A DNA stretch of 64,000 bases from the human T2T-CHM13v2.0 reference genome, Homo sapiens (GCF_009914755.1 NC_060926.1), one strand, 5' to 3'. Positions 13,818 through 26,264 are shown, counted from the first letter of the stretch. The notes: generated by a model from the letters alone, not told the origin. Translations and numbers: made by a program.

Positions 13818-14005
13818 AAGAAATCGACGTTGACGTGGAGAGCACGGACTATCTCACAGGTGATCTGGACTGGAGCAGCAGCAGTGTGAGCGACTCTGAC
13901 GAGCGGGGCAGCATGCAGAGCCTCGGCAGTGATGAGGGCTATTCCAGCACCAGCATCAAGAGAATAAAGCTGCAGGACAGTCACAAGGCGTGTCTTGGTC
14001 TCTAA
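13818..14005 (+). CDS. MXD1: MXD1 terminal coding exon (acidic/Ser-rich C-terminus to stop)
   Basis: cctccctgcag|AA GAA ATC GAC... 188 nt, [13 protein letters not shown]...HKACLGL, then TAA at 14003-14005. Confidence 0.97.
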
Positions 14006-17000
14006 GAGAGTGGGCACTGCGGCTGTCTCCTTGAAGGTTCTCCCTGTTGGTTCTGATTAGGTAACGTATTGGACCTGCCCACAACTCCCTTGCACGTAAA
14101 CTTCAGTGTCCCACCTTGACCAAAATCAGCTTTGTAACTGTTTTCAAGGAGGTGCTTAGGATTGTGGGTTTCTGATTGCATCCACTAGCTTCTCTTTTTC
14201 TCGCCATAAAAATTTGTCTCTGAGAGACTATACATTCCAATCAATTTGAAGCATCCAAGAATTCTTAGACCGAATAAGCAATGTCCACATCTCAGCAATC
14301 CCCCTCTTTGCTCTCCTCGTGTCCTCTCCCAGACCTTTCTTCCAGTTTTCTGGCTTACTGTGTTACTTGCCTAGGAGGAATGTCCAAGTGTGTCTTGTAC
14401 TTAGGAAACTGAAGGAAACAAACTTTTGAAATTGAGATCCTGATCTCAGAACTCCAAAGTAAGCTTTGAAAGCAGCATTTAAGAGCACTTAACCATGGAC
14501 CTCACCACCAGTGAGGAAGTCAGGAATACCTCTAGAAAACACGCCCTTCACACCGCGCATGCTCATTCCCCCGACGCGCCGCGTGTGGATGGGAGCAGTA
14601 TTTCTCACTTTAAAATGGACACCTTGATAGTGTGTCTCTGGGGTTGCACAGCTCATCAAAGTTCCAAATTGTTTGTTCTCACAAACAAAACGGTACAATC
14701 TATTTTTGTGCGATGTTCTTGGGACCTCGCTGTGTTCTGCTATCTCGAGGCACATTCTCCCCTCCAACTTTGTTAATGCTACTTGTCTCTGGAACATTTT
14801 TTTTTCCTACCTCAGAGATAAATGAGATCTCCATTTCCCACTTAACACAGTGATTATCCTTTTTTCCCCCCCCAAAATAGTGACATTTGGTCCAATTATA
14901 ATCTATTTTCCTATTGAACTTTCAGCAATAACTGAGCTGTGGCACTAGCAGAGCTAGTAGCCATTATCAGTGAAAGAAAAAGTCCACATTTCTACTCTCT
15001 GTTGCAGGTGAACAGGAGAGGATGGTACACTGTTACTAGAACTCCTCTCCTTATTGATTATTTTTGGACACACCCAGAAACTTCTTTATGGAGGCTTTTG
15101 GGTTGATAGTTTAAAAGGCTGATTTTTCTTTTTGGTTATGATTTCTCCCTTAAGTGGTCTCCGACTTTGTAGCATTTTTATTTAAGCTAAAACAGAGCAC
15201 ATGTATATGTACATAAGACACATTAAATCTATAAATACTATTTATTCATTTTATATAAACTAATGTAATGGAAAACAAATTCTTATGACTTTGTGGTTTT
15301 ATAGATGTTCTAGAAACTTTGTATGTAGGTATCTACAAAATTAGTTCATTCCCCTGAATATTTTTGCATTCATATTTTTGAGGTCTTGATGTTTTCAGCC
15401 TCTGGCGAATCTTTTTCATTGAATTTGAACCATTTGTAAAATCTGTGATGCTGAAGCAGAGTGTGTCACAAAGTGATGAGAACATTACTAAAATCCACGG
15501 ACGCACTGCGACCTAAGGGCTCAACGGCTGACTCGGCAGCGGGCAGCCACCCCACGCTCCCCTGCGGTCACTCGCACACCACAGCCTGAAGCTCCCCCAG
15601 CGCCTGCACCTCGCACACAGCTAAGGTCAAAGTTCAAACGCACTCCACACGGAAGCTCATTCTATACCCGAAGAGCAGTCTCAGAAAGCAAGATTACTTT
15701 TGTGTTTTTTAAAAAATGATTCTTTAATGTATTTTTCTAAACATTCTGATTGGAAGTAGTGGATTCCTAAATGATTCCAAAGTCATCTGTAATTCTTCTG
15801 TTTTTGTTTTGTTCTGTCTTTTCTTCATTTTGGCTTTGGGTGGGGGGAGGGGCAGGTGACACAAAGGATTTTTTTTTTTTTTTTTTAATTTTTGGAATCT
15901 TTTCCAATAACCAGCTAAAGATTTGCACTGAAATACAACTTGTATGCCTTTTGCATTTTTAAAGCCTGCTTCCTGGATTTAAGCAGAGTGATAGTGTTCA
16001 AAGAGCCAGTTCAGCCTGTAACATATTTGAAAAAGATATGTCTGCACTTTGAGGTCCCTTTTGAATGCCATTCACTAGACCTCTCAAGCATTTTGTTTCA
16101 TTGCTACATCCAAGCGCCTCACAAGTCCACAATGCGGGACAGCATCAAAAGCTCAAGACTTTGGAAAAAGCTTGTGGGCTTGCACTGGGGGAGGGAAGGG
16201 AACAAAATTTGTGTACTTCTTTGTTTAATTTAGAAATAAGGCATCCAAGAGATGCCATTATTTTCTGTGTTTCAATTGTTGTGCCTTTGAGTTAAACTGC
16301 ATTTTTGTCTTTTGGTTGAAATCTGAAATGTACTGTCCCAATATAAAACAGTAATTATTTGACCTTTGCACTGTTTGTCTGGTCCTTTTCAGTTTGATTG
16401 CATATAAATGTGGAACTTGATAGATCTCTATATTTTTAATGCACTTGTGATAAACTGGCAGCAGGGTTAGACATTACTTTCAAAGCTTGAGGTAGACCGA
16501 GTCAGCATGCTAGACAGGCTTCTCTCTCTAACCAAAACTGTAATCTTCAGGACCAGCAAACTCAGCCCAAGGCAGCTAATCCCCCCAACCCCATCCTCCG
16601 CGCCCCGTGCGGCTGATCGGCAGCCCTGATTCGCCAATTTGTCCTCTCTCATTCACTGATCCACCAGCCTGACTGCTAAGAGCTATAGTCTTTTTAGTTG
16701 TTTTGTCTTTTTAAGCAAGATGAAAACCTTTCTATTAGGGATTTTGGGGTTGGGAGGGGATGGGCAGAGATATAAACCCCAGCCTTTAAGACTTTGACAA
16801 TTGTACGTAAATACAGATGTGTATAAATATAGGCACATGCATATTTTTATGTGAAAGTTGATTTTAAAAAACTAAAAAAATCTAAACTGCACTCTTATTG
16901 ATACCATCATAACGCAAGTGGGAAAAATAAGAGTACGCAGTCTAATTTAATTTCATGCAGTGGGAAAATATATATGTGTGCTTCTGTAACATCCTGAAAA

Positions 17001-17586
17001 CATAGCTTTCCATCCCCTGTTGGCTTTGAATGGTGGGCCGAGCACCCAGGTCGTCTGTATTTTGGTTTTCTTTTGCTAAGCAGAGATCTTGAATTCTTCA
17101 AGGTGCTGATAGCAACTGCTGGCTCCTTTCTGTAGTCACACACCTAATGCTAGTTTAGTGATTCAAAATGCATCACATTTTTAGGCAGGACCTAGATTTT
17201 CCCTGTCAACCTAAGATGAAAATAATTTCAGTGTTGATTCAGAACTGAACATTAAGTAGGCCCTCGTCCTGCAGTTGGCCACTTGAGTGTTTTGTTTTGT
17301 TTTTATTTTTTAAGGTGGGCATTTTCCTTTAACCTCTACTTTTTCAAAAGCAACAAAGGGGCCTCAACCTGAGTTTCCTATGGGCCTCTCTTCTGCATCC
17401 CCAAAGCGGCCAAGAGCAAATCCTGGGGGATAAGAAAAAAGTGTAAACTAGGTAGGATTGTGATGCTCAAAATAACCATCTAGCAATATCTTGGAGCTTG
17501 AGAATAGATTTTGTGGGCTTATTTCTTCTTGCCTCTTCCCCATCCTTTCAAGAGAGAACTTATTTTTGAAAAGTATCTATATATAT

Positions 17587-17606
17587 ACACACACACACAC
17601 ACACAC
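17587..17606. repeat. (AC)10 microsatellite in the MXD1 3'UTR
   Basis: Direct reading. Confidence 0.95.
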
Positions 17607-18640
17607 ATATTATTATTTAGGTTTTTATACCATACTGTATTGGCGAGAATACCACTATCATTGTCCTTTACAGTCTATTTCTTCCCCCAAGTCTTGGTCT
17701 TTTTTTATTTTCTATTTTTTCATGAACCACACAGGAGACTTTAACATCCTGGTCTTTTCTGTTTCTTCTTTGTTTCCCCAAGTTTGTCTGTCCCCCTTTG
17801 CCTTCCCTGAGTGTTGAACATCAGGTAGTAAAAGGCTAAACGCAATTTCTTGCATGTCAATCTATTCTTTTTCTATGTTTGACTCTGATGCAGTGTGTTT
17901 AGCGTGTCTAGTAGCTGGCTACTCCTATTTAAAAACTCTTCCTGGTAGAAGACAACCCAAAGACCCTTTTCGATGAGGTGGTTTCTCATTCTACATCCTC
18001 TGATCTCTATAGACTGTAGGATGCTTTGCTTTCAAAGATAACTGGGTTAGAGGGTGGGGTGTGCAATAGGTGATTTATCATGGTTTTTTTCATTATCAAT
18101 ATTACATGGATGATTTTCTCAGATTCTTCTGAAAGAAGAAATTGACAGGCACTGCTAGATTCAGCTATTGAATGGCTGAAGAGATTGAGTATTTGACCTT
18201 CTCTCAAAATCATAAAGTGAGAATTCATAAGGCACCCAATGTTAAGATTTATCCAGATTTTTACATTTTGATTTCTTCTCTCTGTGGGGTGGCAAGTTGA
18301 GGGAGCATTCTTCATTTTAGCTTTTACCTGACAACCAAACTTGCCTTTACCCCATCCCTAGAATTGGTGCTCTTGGAATATTGCTGTTACCATCATTTTT
18401 GGGGGGCCATCTTCCTAATGCTACACACAGCCTGACAGGGGAGCAGCAGATGAAAGGGTATGCTATTCTGTTTCCAGATGTTTCTTTATGTAAATATGAC
18501 GCCAATGTAAATCCTGTGTCAAGATCATAGAGAATGGTGCTTTTTACTACAGTTAGCACATGCATTTTTAGAAACTACTACATGTTTTAGAGAATCTTTG
18601 CTGTGTATATGTAAACTGTATTGTTCAACTGTTAACAAAT

Positions 18641-18662
18641 AATAAATTATTTCATTATTAAA
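18641..18662 (+). terminator. MXD1: MXD1 polyadenylation signals
   Basis: AATAAA 18641-18646 and ATTAAA 18657-18662, TGTA motifs upstream, U/GU-rich sequence downstream. Confidence 0.85.
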
Positions 18663-20089
18663 GAAATTTTGGTCTTTCTGATGTTTTGTATCACAATTTA
18701 CCCTTTCGTGGTTGTCCTTGCAGAACTGCGTTCATCAGATTTCTTTTTTTCTTTTAATTTAAGGGAAACTTCACTAGCTAAAAGTTTTCAGCCCTTGGAG
18801 CCTGTGATGAGGATTGAGATTGTGTGGCTCCAGTTGAGCCCATTTGTTGATCAGAATTAGCCACAGTCCCACCCTCTCCACTGCCCCATCATCCCACCTA
18901 CTGGTTTCACCTGCTCGTTGACTCATTCTTGGCTGACTTGCCCTTTGTTTTGGGTGCCTCTAATGATGCAGGCTGTAAGCACTGCCAAGACTTCTGCATC
19001 TTTTGAGCAGCCTGTAGCCTGCTGGGAAAGATATGCACACAATTTAATGCAGTGTAATTAGTTGTGGAATAAAGTTGTGTGGGAAAGCTCCATGAGAAGT
19101 TAGAGGTGGTGCATTCGAGCTGGGCCCTGGAGGAGGAGTGAGTGTTTGCTGGGAAAGGAGCATTGCTGGGAAGGAGAACATCCAGGGCAGTGAGGCAGGT
19201 GCTCAGGCAGAGTCCAGCTTCGTGGGGCTGCGGTGTGGCCTGGACCTGGGGCATGTCAAAGGAAAGACCTTGTGGATTGCACAACTCACTGAGAGGAGAG
19301 AGGCATTGGCTGAGGATGTCCGTTCCTTTACATACTAACCCATCTGGTTAGTATACATTTATTCATTCACTGAACAAATACGGCTTGAGTACCTGCTCCA
19401 TATCAGGCTCCGTCCTAGAGGTGAGGACACATCTAAGAACAGCACACAAACCCCTGCCTCATGCTGCCACCTTTCCAGCGTGAGTCTCATTGGCGCTCAA
19501 GTCCTCATCATGGCAAGTTCGCCAAGTGCAGTCTGTCTTCCTGTTTTTGTTACACCAGGAGAGCACTTTTTCGGAGTCAAGAGGAGGAAAAAGTTGTCTT
19601 TCTCCTTGTTGACCAATGACTTCTTGTTCTAAAAACCACCTAAAATTTTTGAAAGGTTTTTAAGTTAACTGCATTGGCATTCTGCCTGCAGGTCTGATGA
19701 AAAAGGAACTTCCTGGTACTTCTACTTTGGAAAGTGGCCTGCCTTGTCTGCTTTCTCCAAAGAGTAGGGGTGGCAGCTGGGCCCTTTTAGGATGTGAGAT
19801 TCTAGGATCCATCACTGTGGACAAGCCCCAAATGGAACCCACCTAATAGTGCATTGGTCACAACCTCAACAAAAGCTACGTTCTCTAAAGCATCAGGATC
19901 CCTTGTTTACTGTGGTTGCGGAGAGGAAGCTTTGAACTGTAGATAATTAGAAAGACAGCTTTCACATAAAATAGCCTCCCCCACAAGATGACAAATCTTA
20001 TTTCCGAAGTTTCCTGACTTGTTCACAGTAGCTGGATGAAAAAATGTCACTTGTTATGCTGTATGGGCCCATGTCATAACGAGGGTCAG

Positions 20090-20290
20090 CCCACATTTAC
20101 TGAGTGCTAAGGGCTGGGTGCGCCACTGCAGGGCCTCCGTGAACCTTCACATTGGCCCTGGGAGGGGAGCGCTAGCATTATCCAAACTTCACAGGTAAGG
20201 AAGCTGAGGGAGAGAGAAGTGAGGCATTTTGCCCCAAACCCACAGAGCTAGTGAGGGGTGGGACTGGAAGCGTCAGCAGCCGGGCTGCTG
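20090..20290 (+). mobile_element. MIR SINE
   Basis: catttactgagtgc...acaggtaaggaagctgagg...gaagtgagg..ttgccccaaacccacagagctagtgagggg. Confidence 0.7.
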
Positions 20291-20837
20291 AGCCCCACAC
20301 TCCCTTGCCCCAATTTTTGCAAGAGCTGTGCCAAATTGTCATCAGTCTTCCATATACGGCATCTTTTCCTTTTTAAGCCTTTGAACGAGGCTACCTATTT
20401 TCTTTGGAGGGGACCTTATTATATTCCAGACAGTGGAGCAGAAAAATGGGAATTCACAATACAATTACTAGGCCATGGCTGTCCTCTCAATCTCAACTTC
20501 CCTCTGTGCCTATTGTGAAGAAGGACCCCCCCTCCTCTACTGCTGATCCTCCTGGGGATCTAGTGGGAATAAACCAGCATGCTCTCAAAGGAAGACACTC
20601 TCTCTATCCCATGTCGTCTTGGTGGCGAACCCCGTGACATCACTTATTTATTCAACCAGTATTTACCGTACATGACTTCTACTTAGGCCCTGGAGTCCCC
20701 ATTACCCGGTGCAGCTTTGACTCACCTCTTCGATGTCACTATGACCTAGATGAGGAGGGCCACACCAAGGCTCTCTGCCAAGAGACTATGGAAGGCCCAT
20801 TGCCCACTTAGGCCTTCCCATCAATAAAGGACACGTA

Positions 20838-20985
20838 GGCCTGTCGTCCCAGCTGCTCTGGAGGCTGAGATGGGAGGATGGGCGCCCAGGAGGTCGAAGC
20901 TTCTTTGAGCTATGATTGTACCACTACACTCCAGCCTGGGCGACAGAGAGAGACCCTGTCTCAAAAAACTAAAACTAGAAAAACA
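20838..20985 (+). mobile_element. Alu right monomer (J/FRAM-like)
   Basis: cctgtcgtcccagct...gtgagctatgattgtaccactacactccagcctgggcgacagag plus A tail. Confidence 0.85.
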
Positions 20986-21050
20986 AACCCTCGTAATCTG
21001 CACATGCACCCCCTGAATCTAAAATAAAAGTTGGAATTATTTTAAAATAT
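20986..21050 (+). mobile_element. Short L1PB/PA-like 3' terminal fragment
   Basis: ctgcacatgcaccccctgaatctaaaataaaagttg is a typical primate L1 3' terminus. Confidence 0.65.
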
Positions 21051-23785
21051 ATATAAAGGTAAAGGACATTCAGCTTCCAGTGGCCAAGGGTCCCACAGGC
21101 AGGGTCTCTGCAGGAAGTATTGTTCAGGGCTCAGCCCAAACTGGGTGGCGAGGCAGCTCCCTGCCCACTCTGTTCCATACAGAATTCTGGAGTCATTGCC
21201 TCTGCGAGTGTCCTTGTGGAGACTAGATGAGGTAGATGTGGCTGCTGGCTGCTGGCTGGGTTGAACATGTTGCCCAGAGGAAAGGGAAGCTTTGTGTTGG
21301 GACAGAGTGACTAACCCACTTTCAGGCAGACGGCAGGGCAGGCTCTAACTGGCTGAAGCTTCCGGGAGCCTCCCCGGCTGTGGGTGAAGGCAGCGTGTCT
21401 GGTGAAGGCAGGCTAGGGATGTAATGGGACAGGCGAACCATCTTATCCAAAGGGATGACCACAGGAAGAGCCAGGACGGAGGCCAAGGGCATGCACCTGA
21501 GGCCAGGTCTGAGCGGGTGGACTGGGGGTATTGGAGCTAGAGAGGCCCACTCAGGCCCTGGAGAAAAGGGCAGGGGCTTTTCTAGGATGCTCTTGGCCTT
21601 GCCTGGGGGCAGAGGTGAGGAAGACAGTCAACGCAGGGAGCTCTGTGTCAGAAATACGTCTGCCTTCAAAGAAAGCAGCCATCCTGGAGGAGAAGGCACC
21701 TGGGAGGGCCTTAGGGATAGGGGAAAGAGAGAAAGGCACTGGCCAACCAACACCATTGGCCAGCCAGACAGCCGGGCTGGGTGACACCTGGAGATAGCCC
21801 CCAGCCATGCACAGGGACCAGTGGGCGTGGGAGAACCAGTATCTGTTTAGTTACAAGCAGAACATCCAACACACTCGCCTTGCCACGCTGATACTGTCAT
21901 CCCCCAGAAGGCGGAAAACACCATTGCTGTGAAGCATTCGAGCCAGTAATGACCAACAGAGACCAATAGGCTGGCCAAGTGGAAATAGAAACTCAGGGGG
22001 AGTGCCCATGTCCCCTAGGTACCCCGGAAGGTGGTCCTGGGTGATGGTCACGTGCACAGACTCTGGTCAAATGGAGCTAAGGGTCGATGCCAACTCCACC
22101 CTTAACACCCTCGGTGACCCCAGGCAAGTATCTGGGACTCTGCTGACCCGGTCTGTAGAGTGAGGATAATAACAGCATGTACTTCCCAGGGCTGCTAGGG
22201 GGATTAAGTAAGGTAAAGTATGCAAACAGCTTTTCCCCATGCCTGACATGCAGAAAGCATTCAGTACATATGAGCAATTATGATCATTTTCCCAGCCAAG
22301 GAGAGAACGTTCGAACACTGTCTGGCATGTGACTTGGATTTTCAGAATACAAAATTCCAACACTCAGAGAAGAAATAAGCTTGGAAGGGAAAATTACATT
22401 AGAGGGTGGGGAAGTGTTCAAATATGTCATTCTGACTGTGCTGTTTAGACAACAAACAGTAGGCAGGAAGTGGTTAAACCGAAAGGGGGAGCAGAGGGTG
22501 ACTCAGGGACAGAATGTGGGCATTGACAGTGGAGGGGTGGCTATTTTCCAGGTAGTATCTCACCTATGTGCTGTTCGGAAGGTCAAAACGACCCTAAGAC
22601 CCCGCCAGCCCTACAGGGCAGCTCCTCTCATAGAGAGACCAGATCGTACAGAGGTGGCTCAGAGAGAGAGACAGAGGGAAGCCCTTGCTAAAATGCCCAT
22701 ATGTTGCAAGTATCTCATCAGAAGAGGCCAAATGACTTCAGTTCCCGCATTCACACGTACCTTTGCACTGCAAATTCAGAACAACCGTAGGTAGAGCTCT
22801 ACCCAGACGGGGACAACTCCACACTTCAAGTATGACCTCTGAGCAACTGCAGAGGTTGTGATGATTCTTGGCTACTTTGCAGTTAATAACTTTGGTCAAA
22901 GAAGCTACCAGTCAATGCAGACTAGCACAGGGCATGGAACAGTGTGTGGCCCAGAAGAGGTATCAGTGGAAGAGTAAAGAGATAATCAGGATGGAACCTG
23001 GCCCTGCTTTCTTGTCACCACACTTTATAATGTTAGGGAAAAGTATTCTTTTGGAACTCATTGCAGCAATCCCATTGCTTTCCCCTGAAAAACAGGTGTG
23101 TTTACCTCAGGGAAACAGTGAATCATGCAACAGATCATCTTTCTCTTCTCCCTTTGGCTGTCAGGAAACTCAGAGCCAAATTCACACTTCACCTTTAGTA
23201 ATTTTGTGAGAACCTGTAATGTGCATGTTTGTGACCCAGTTTCCCCTTAGTCTCTTCTCTGGCCTTGGCTTTTACTCAACATTTTTCCTATTTTAGTATT
23301 TGTAATTTTGGAAGTTACTTCCGATCCACCTTTGTAGAGAACAAGAGGATACTGCCATGCGGAATCACAGTGTAAAATAAAAAATGCTTTTGCAAGCAGA
23401 CGGAAGTGAGGTTGACTAAGCAGGAGTGAGGTTATTGGGGTCAAGGGTGTGGAGAGGGAAGGTGAATGTGAGGGGTTTTTGGTTTTTTTGTTTGTTTGTT
23501 TGGTTATGGAAACAAACTTGCCAAGGACTAGGAGGGTGGTGCCCCAGGGCTGGAAATAATCCCTCCTGTCTAGAAGAACTGGGGCTCCTTTGGGGATATC
23601 CGCAGAGGCCAGAGGCAGTGGCAGTGCTGACCTGGGTCTGATTCCCCTGCCAGAAACAGGAAGGAATGCCACCCTTTCTCCTCAACTGGAGAAAGTTCGT
23701 TGGATTGCAAGTAAATGAGAATAGTGGTTCTATGGAACTAGCTTTGAATCGGATGTTACAGATTTTTTAGGAGTAAGCCAGAGAG

Positions 23786-23980
23786 ACAGAGGGAGACCCC
23801 GTCTCTCAAAAAAAAAAAAAAATTAGCCGAGGTAGTGGCCTGTGCCTGTGGTCCCAGCTACCTGGGAGGCTGAGGCAGGAGAATTGCTTGAGCCCAGGGA
23901 GGTGGAGGCTGCAGTGAGCCACGATTGCACCACCGCACTCCAGCCCGGGCCACAGAGTGAGACCCTGTCTCAAACAAACA
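23786..23980 (+). mobile_element. 5'-truncated AluJ-like SINE
   Basis: End of left arm, A-linker and right arm consensus. Confidence 0.9.
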
Positions 23981-24279
23981 ATCAAAATTAATCGCTTGCA
24001 AATTTCAGTATTTTATTACACCATCCTCGGCCCCACCAAGGTTTGATTAGCAGAGACAGGTCACGGCAGGAAGCTGTCCAGCGGCATGAAGGGGACACTG
24101 TCCTCAGCCTGTTCCACTCAACGTCAATACATCCATTTGCAGTCGGGTATGGATGGCACATTCTCTACATCTAGGGATGACCCCGTGGTTGCCAGATGGC
24201 ACTGAGGGCCTGACAGAACCAGGATCCAAAAGTGCTTGACAGGCCGCAGTGGGGGCAGCTTGGACCAGATGCCTTTAGG

Positions 24280-24920
24280 AGGGATCAGTGGAGGCTCCGG
24301 GCTGGCTGGGAAGGCTTGCAGCCACGGAGGGCGGTGCTGAATACCGCAGCTCGCCCTGGAGGAAAGGGGGCTGGCTGCTCCTACAGAGTGGAGCCCTTTG
24401 GTCTCAGGAAGAGGCCCCGAGGGAGGGGGCTGCCCTGCCTCCGGGGCCACCGGACCCCACGGAAGCCTCCGAGGTCCTCTCCCTGTCTCCCGCTCTGCCC
24501 ACGCCCCCCGCCTCCCCTGTAAATCCTGCCCTCCCGCGAATGCCGTCCCGCTGACAGCACTCAGGCCTCCCCCGCGGCGGGTCCCCACCTGATCAGGCCC
24601 TGTCTACACCCCACCCCTCTCCTCACTCTTCCCTGGACACCTGGGAGCCCCCACTTGGGGAGCCTGCCTGGCCGCTCCCCCCGGCACCTCGCGGCGGACT
24701 GCGCTTCACTCAGGTCTCAGTGCAAACGTCCCCGTGTCCTTGAGGACCCCCGACTCCACCTGTATAAAATCGCAGCTCCCTGGTCACTTTCTATCCGCTG
24801 TCCGCGCAGTGATGCATTTCACTTTCTCTTATCACCACATGACACCTTGTATTTTACCTGCTTGATGTTCACACGGACCTCTGCCGGAGCAGACCCTGCA
24901 GGCCCCCTGCGGCTCTGACC
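24280..24920. promoter_or_regulatory. GC/CpG-rich intergenic patch (candidate orphan CpG island or CTCF element)
   Basis: Visibly dense CpGs (cccgcgaa, ccccgcggcgg, ctcgcggcgg, tccgcgc); TATAAAA at 24764-24770; CTCF-like motifs. Confidence 0.5.
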
Positions 24921-25030
24921 CAATGCCCAGGACCATGCCTGTGTGTGCTCAGCGATGGCCACTTGGGGATGGATGGGCGAATGAATGAATGAATGAATGA
25001 ATGAATGAATGAACGAATGAACGAACGAAT
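24600..25030 (+). mobile_element. L2a 3' end with (TGAA)n tail
   Basis: caggtctcagtgcaaacgtc...ggtcactttctatcc...cttatcaccacatgaca...cccaatgcccaggaccatgcctg, then gaatgaatgaat at ~24979-25029. Confidence 0.7.
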
Positions 25031-25476
25031 TAACACTTTTTAAGAGAGACAGAGGAGAACTTTAGGCTCAGAGCTAAGGCGGGACAAGAGTCTCCAGTAT
25101 CATATGGCCCCAAGCAGAGGTGATGAAACACAGCCAGTGAGGTTTTTACTAATCACTGGCCTTGATCACCATCGGAATTGTACAGTACAGTGAGGGCCAC
25201 AGAAAATACCCGGGTTTTGGAAAAATCCAGGTGACTGGTTCAAAAACAAAAGCAATTGGACAGAAAACAATTTGGTTGAGAACAAGCTGCAGAGGAAACA
25301 ATTCAGCCCAAAGGACAATTTGGTCTAAAAGTATACTCCACATTATTTTTCAAAAATTAGAATTTTAATGCAGCATGAAGGTGAATTGCATCGTTTTGTG
25401 CCTTTTCAAGTATTTTGCTTACATTTCGGCATATTTAGTTTTACCCTGGGCTTTAAATTTCTAGTTAATTTTTTAG

Positions 25477-25870
<394 letters not shown>

Positions 25871-26264
25871 TAAAGGTGCTGTTTAATAGTTATTATAAAG
25901 TAAGCACCCAAAAAAACACAACTGGTGAAGAGCCAGGACATCACTGGCCCCCAGGTACACCTGAGTGTCCTTCCCAACACAGCACCCTTTTTAGCCCTGA
26001 AGGACACAGCCACCCTGCTGCTGGGGTAACCGTGTCCTTTTTGCCTTTGTCCTCTTGCCTCCTAAGAATGCATCTCTAAGCCTGGGCTTTAGGTTTGACA
26101 ATCTGTTTGAGAATACTACACAAATGAAATCATATTGTGTATGTTTTGTGTCTGACTTCTTTCATTCAACACTGTGACGTTCGTTTTTCTTGTGTGGTTG
26201 CAGTACATTCCTTTTCATTACCATACTGTGAGGTTTATAACAGCAAAATGTTGGAAACAATCTA

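Larger units (their letters stand above)
14006..18665 (+). other. MXD1: MXD1 long 3'UTR
   Basis: No interspersed repeats recognised. AU-rich, with PUM elements TGTACATA (15208-15215) and TGTAAATA (18489-18496), several miRNA seed matches and a terminal polyA signal. 3' end approximate. Confidence 0.85.

Noticed and set aside
13963-13968. AATAAA inside the last MXD1 coding exon
   Set aside because: Explained by codons AGA ATA AAG; cleavage here would truncate the CDS before the stop codon.
25248-25326. Periodic array as a CRISPR-like locus
   Set aside because: No identical repeats with unique spacers, no cas genes, and the DNA is mammalian.
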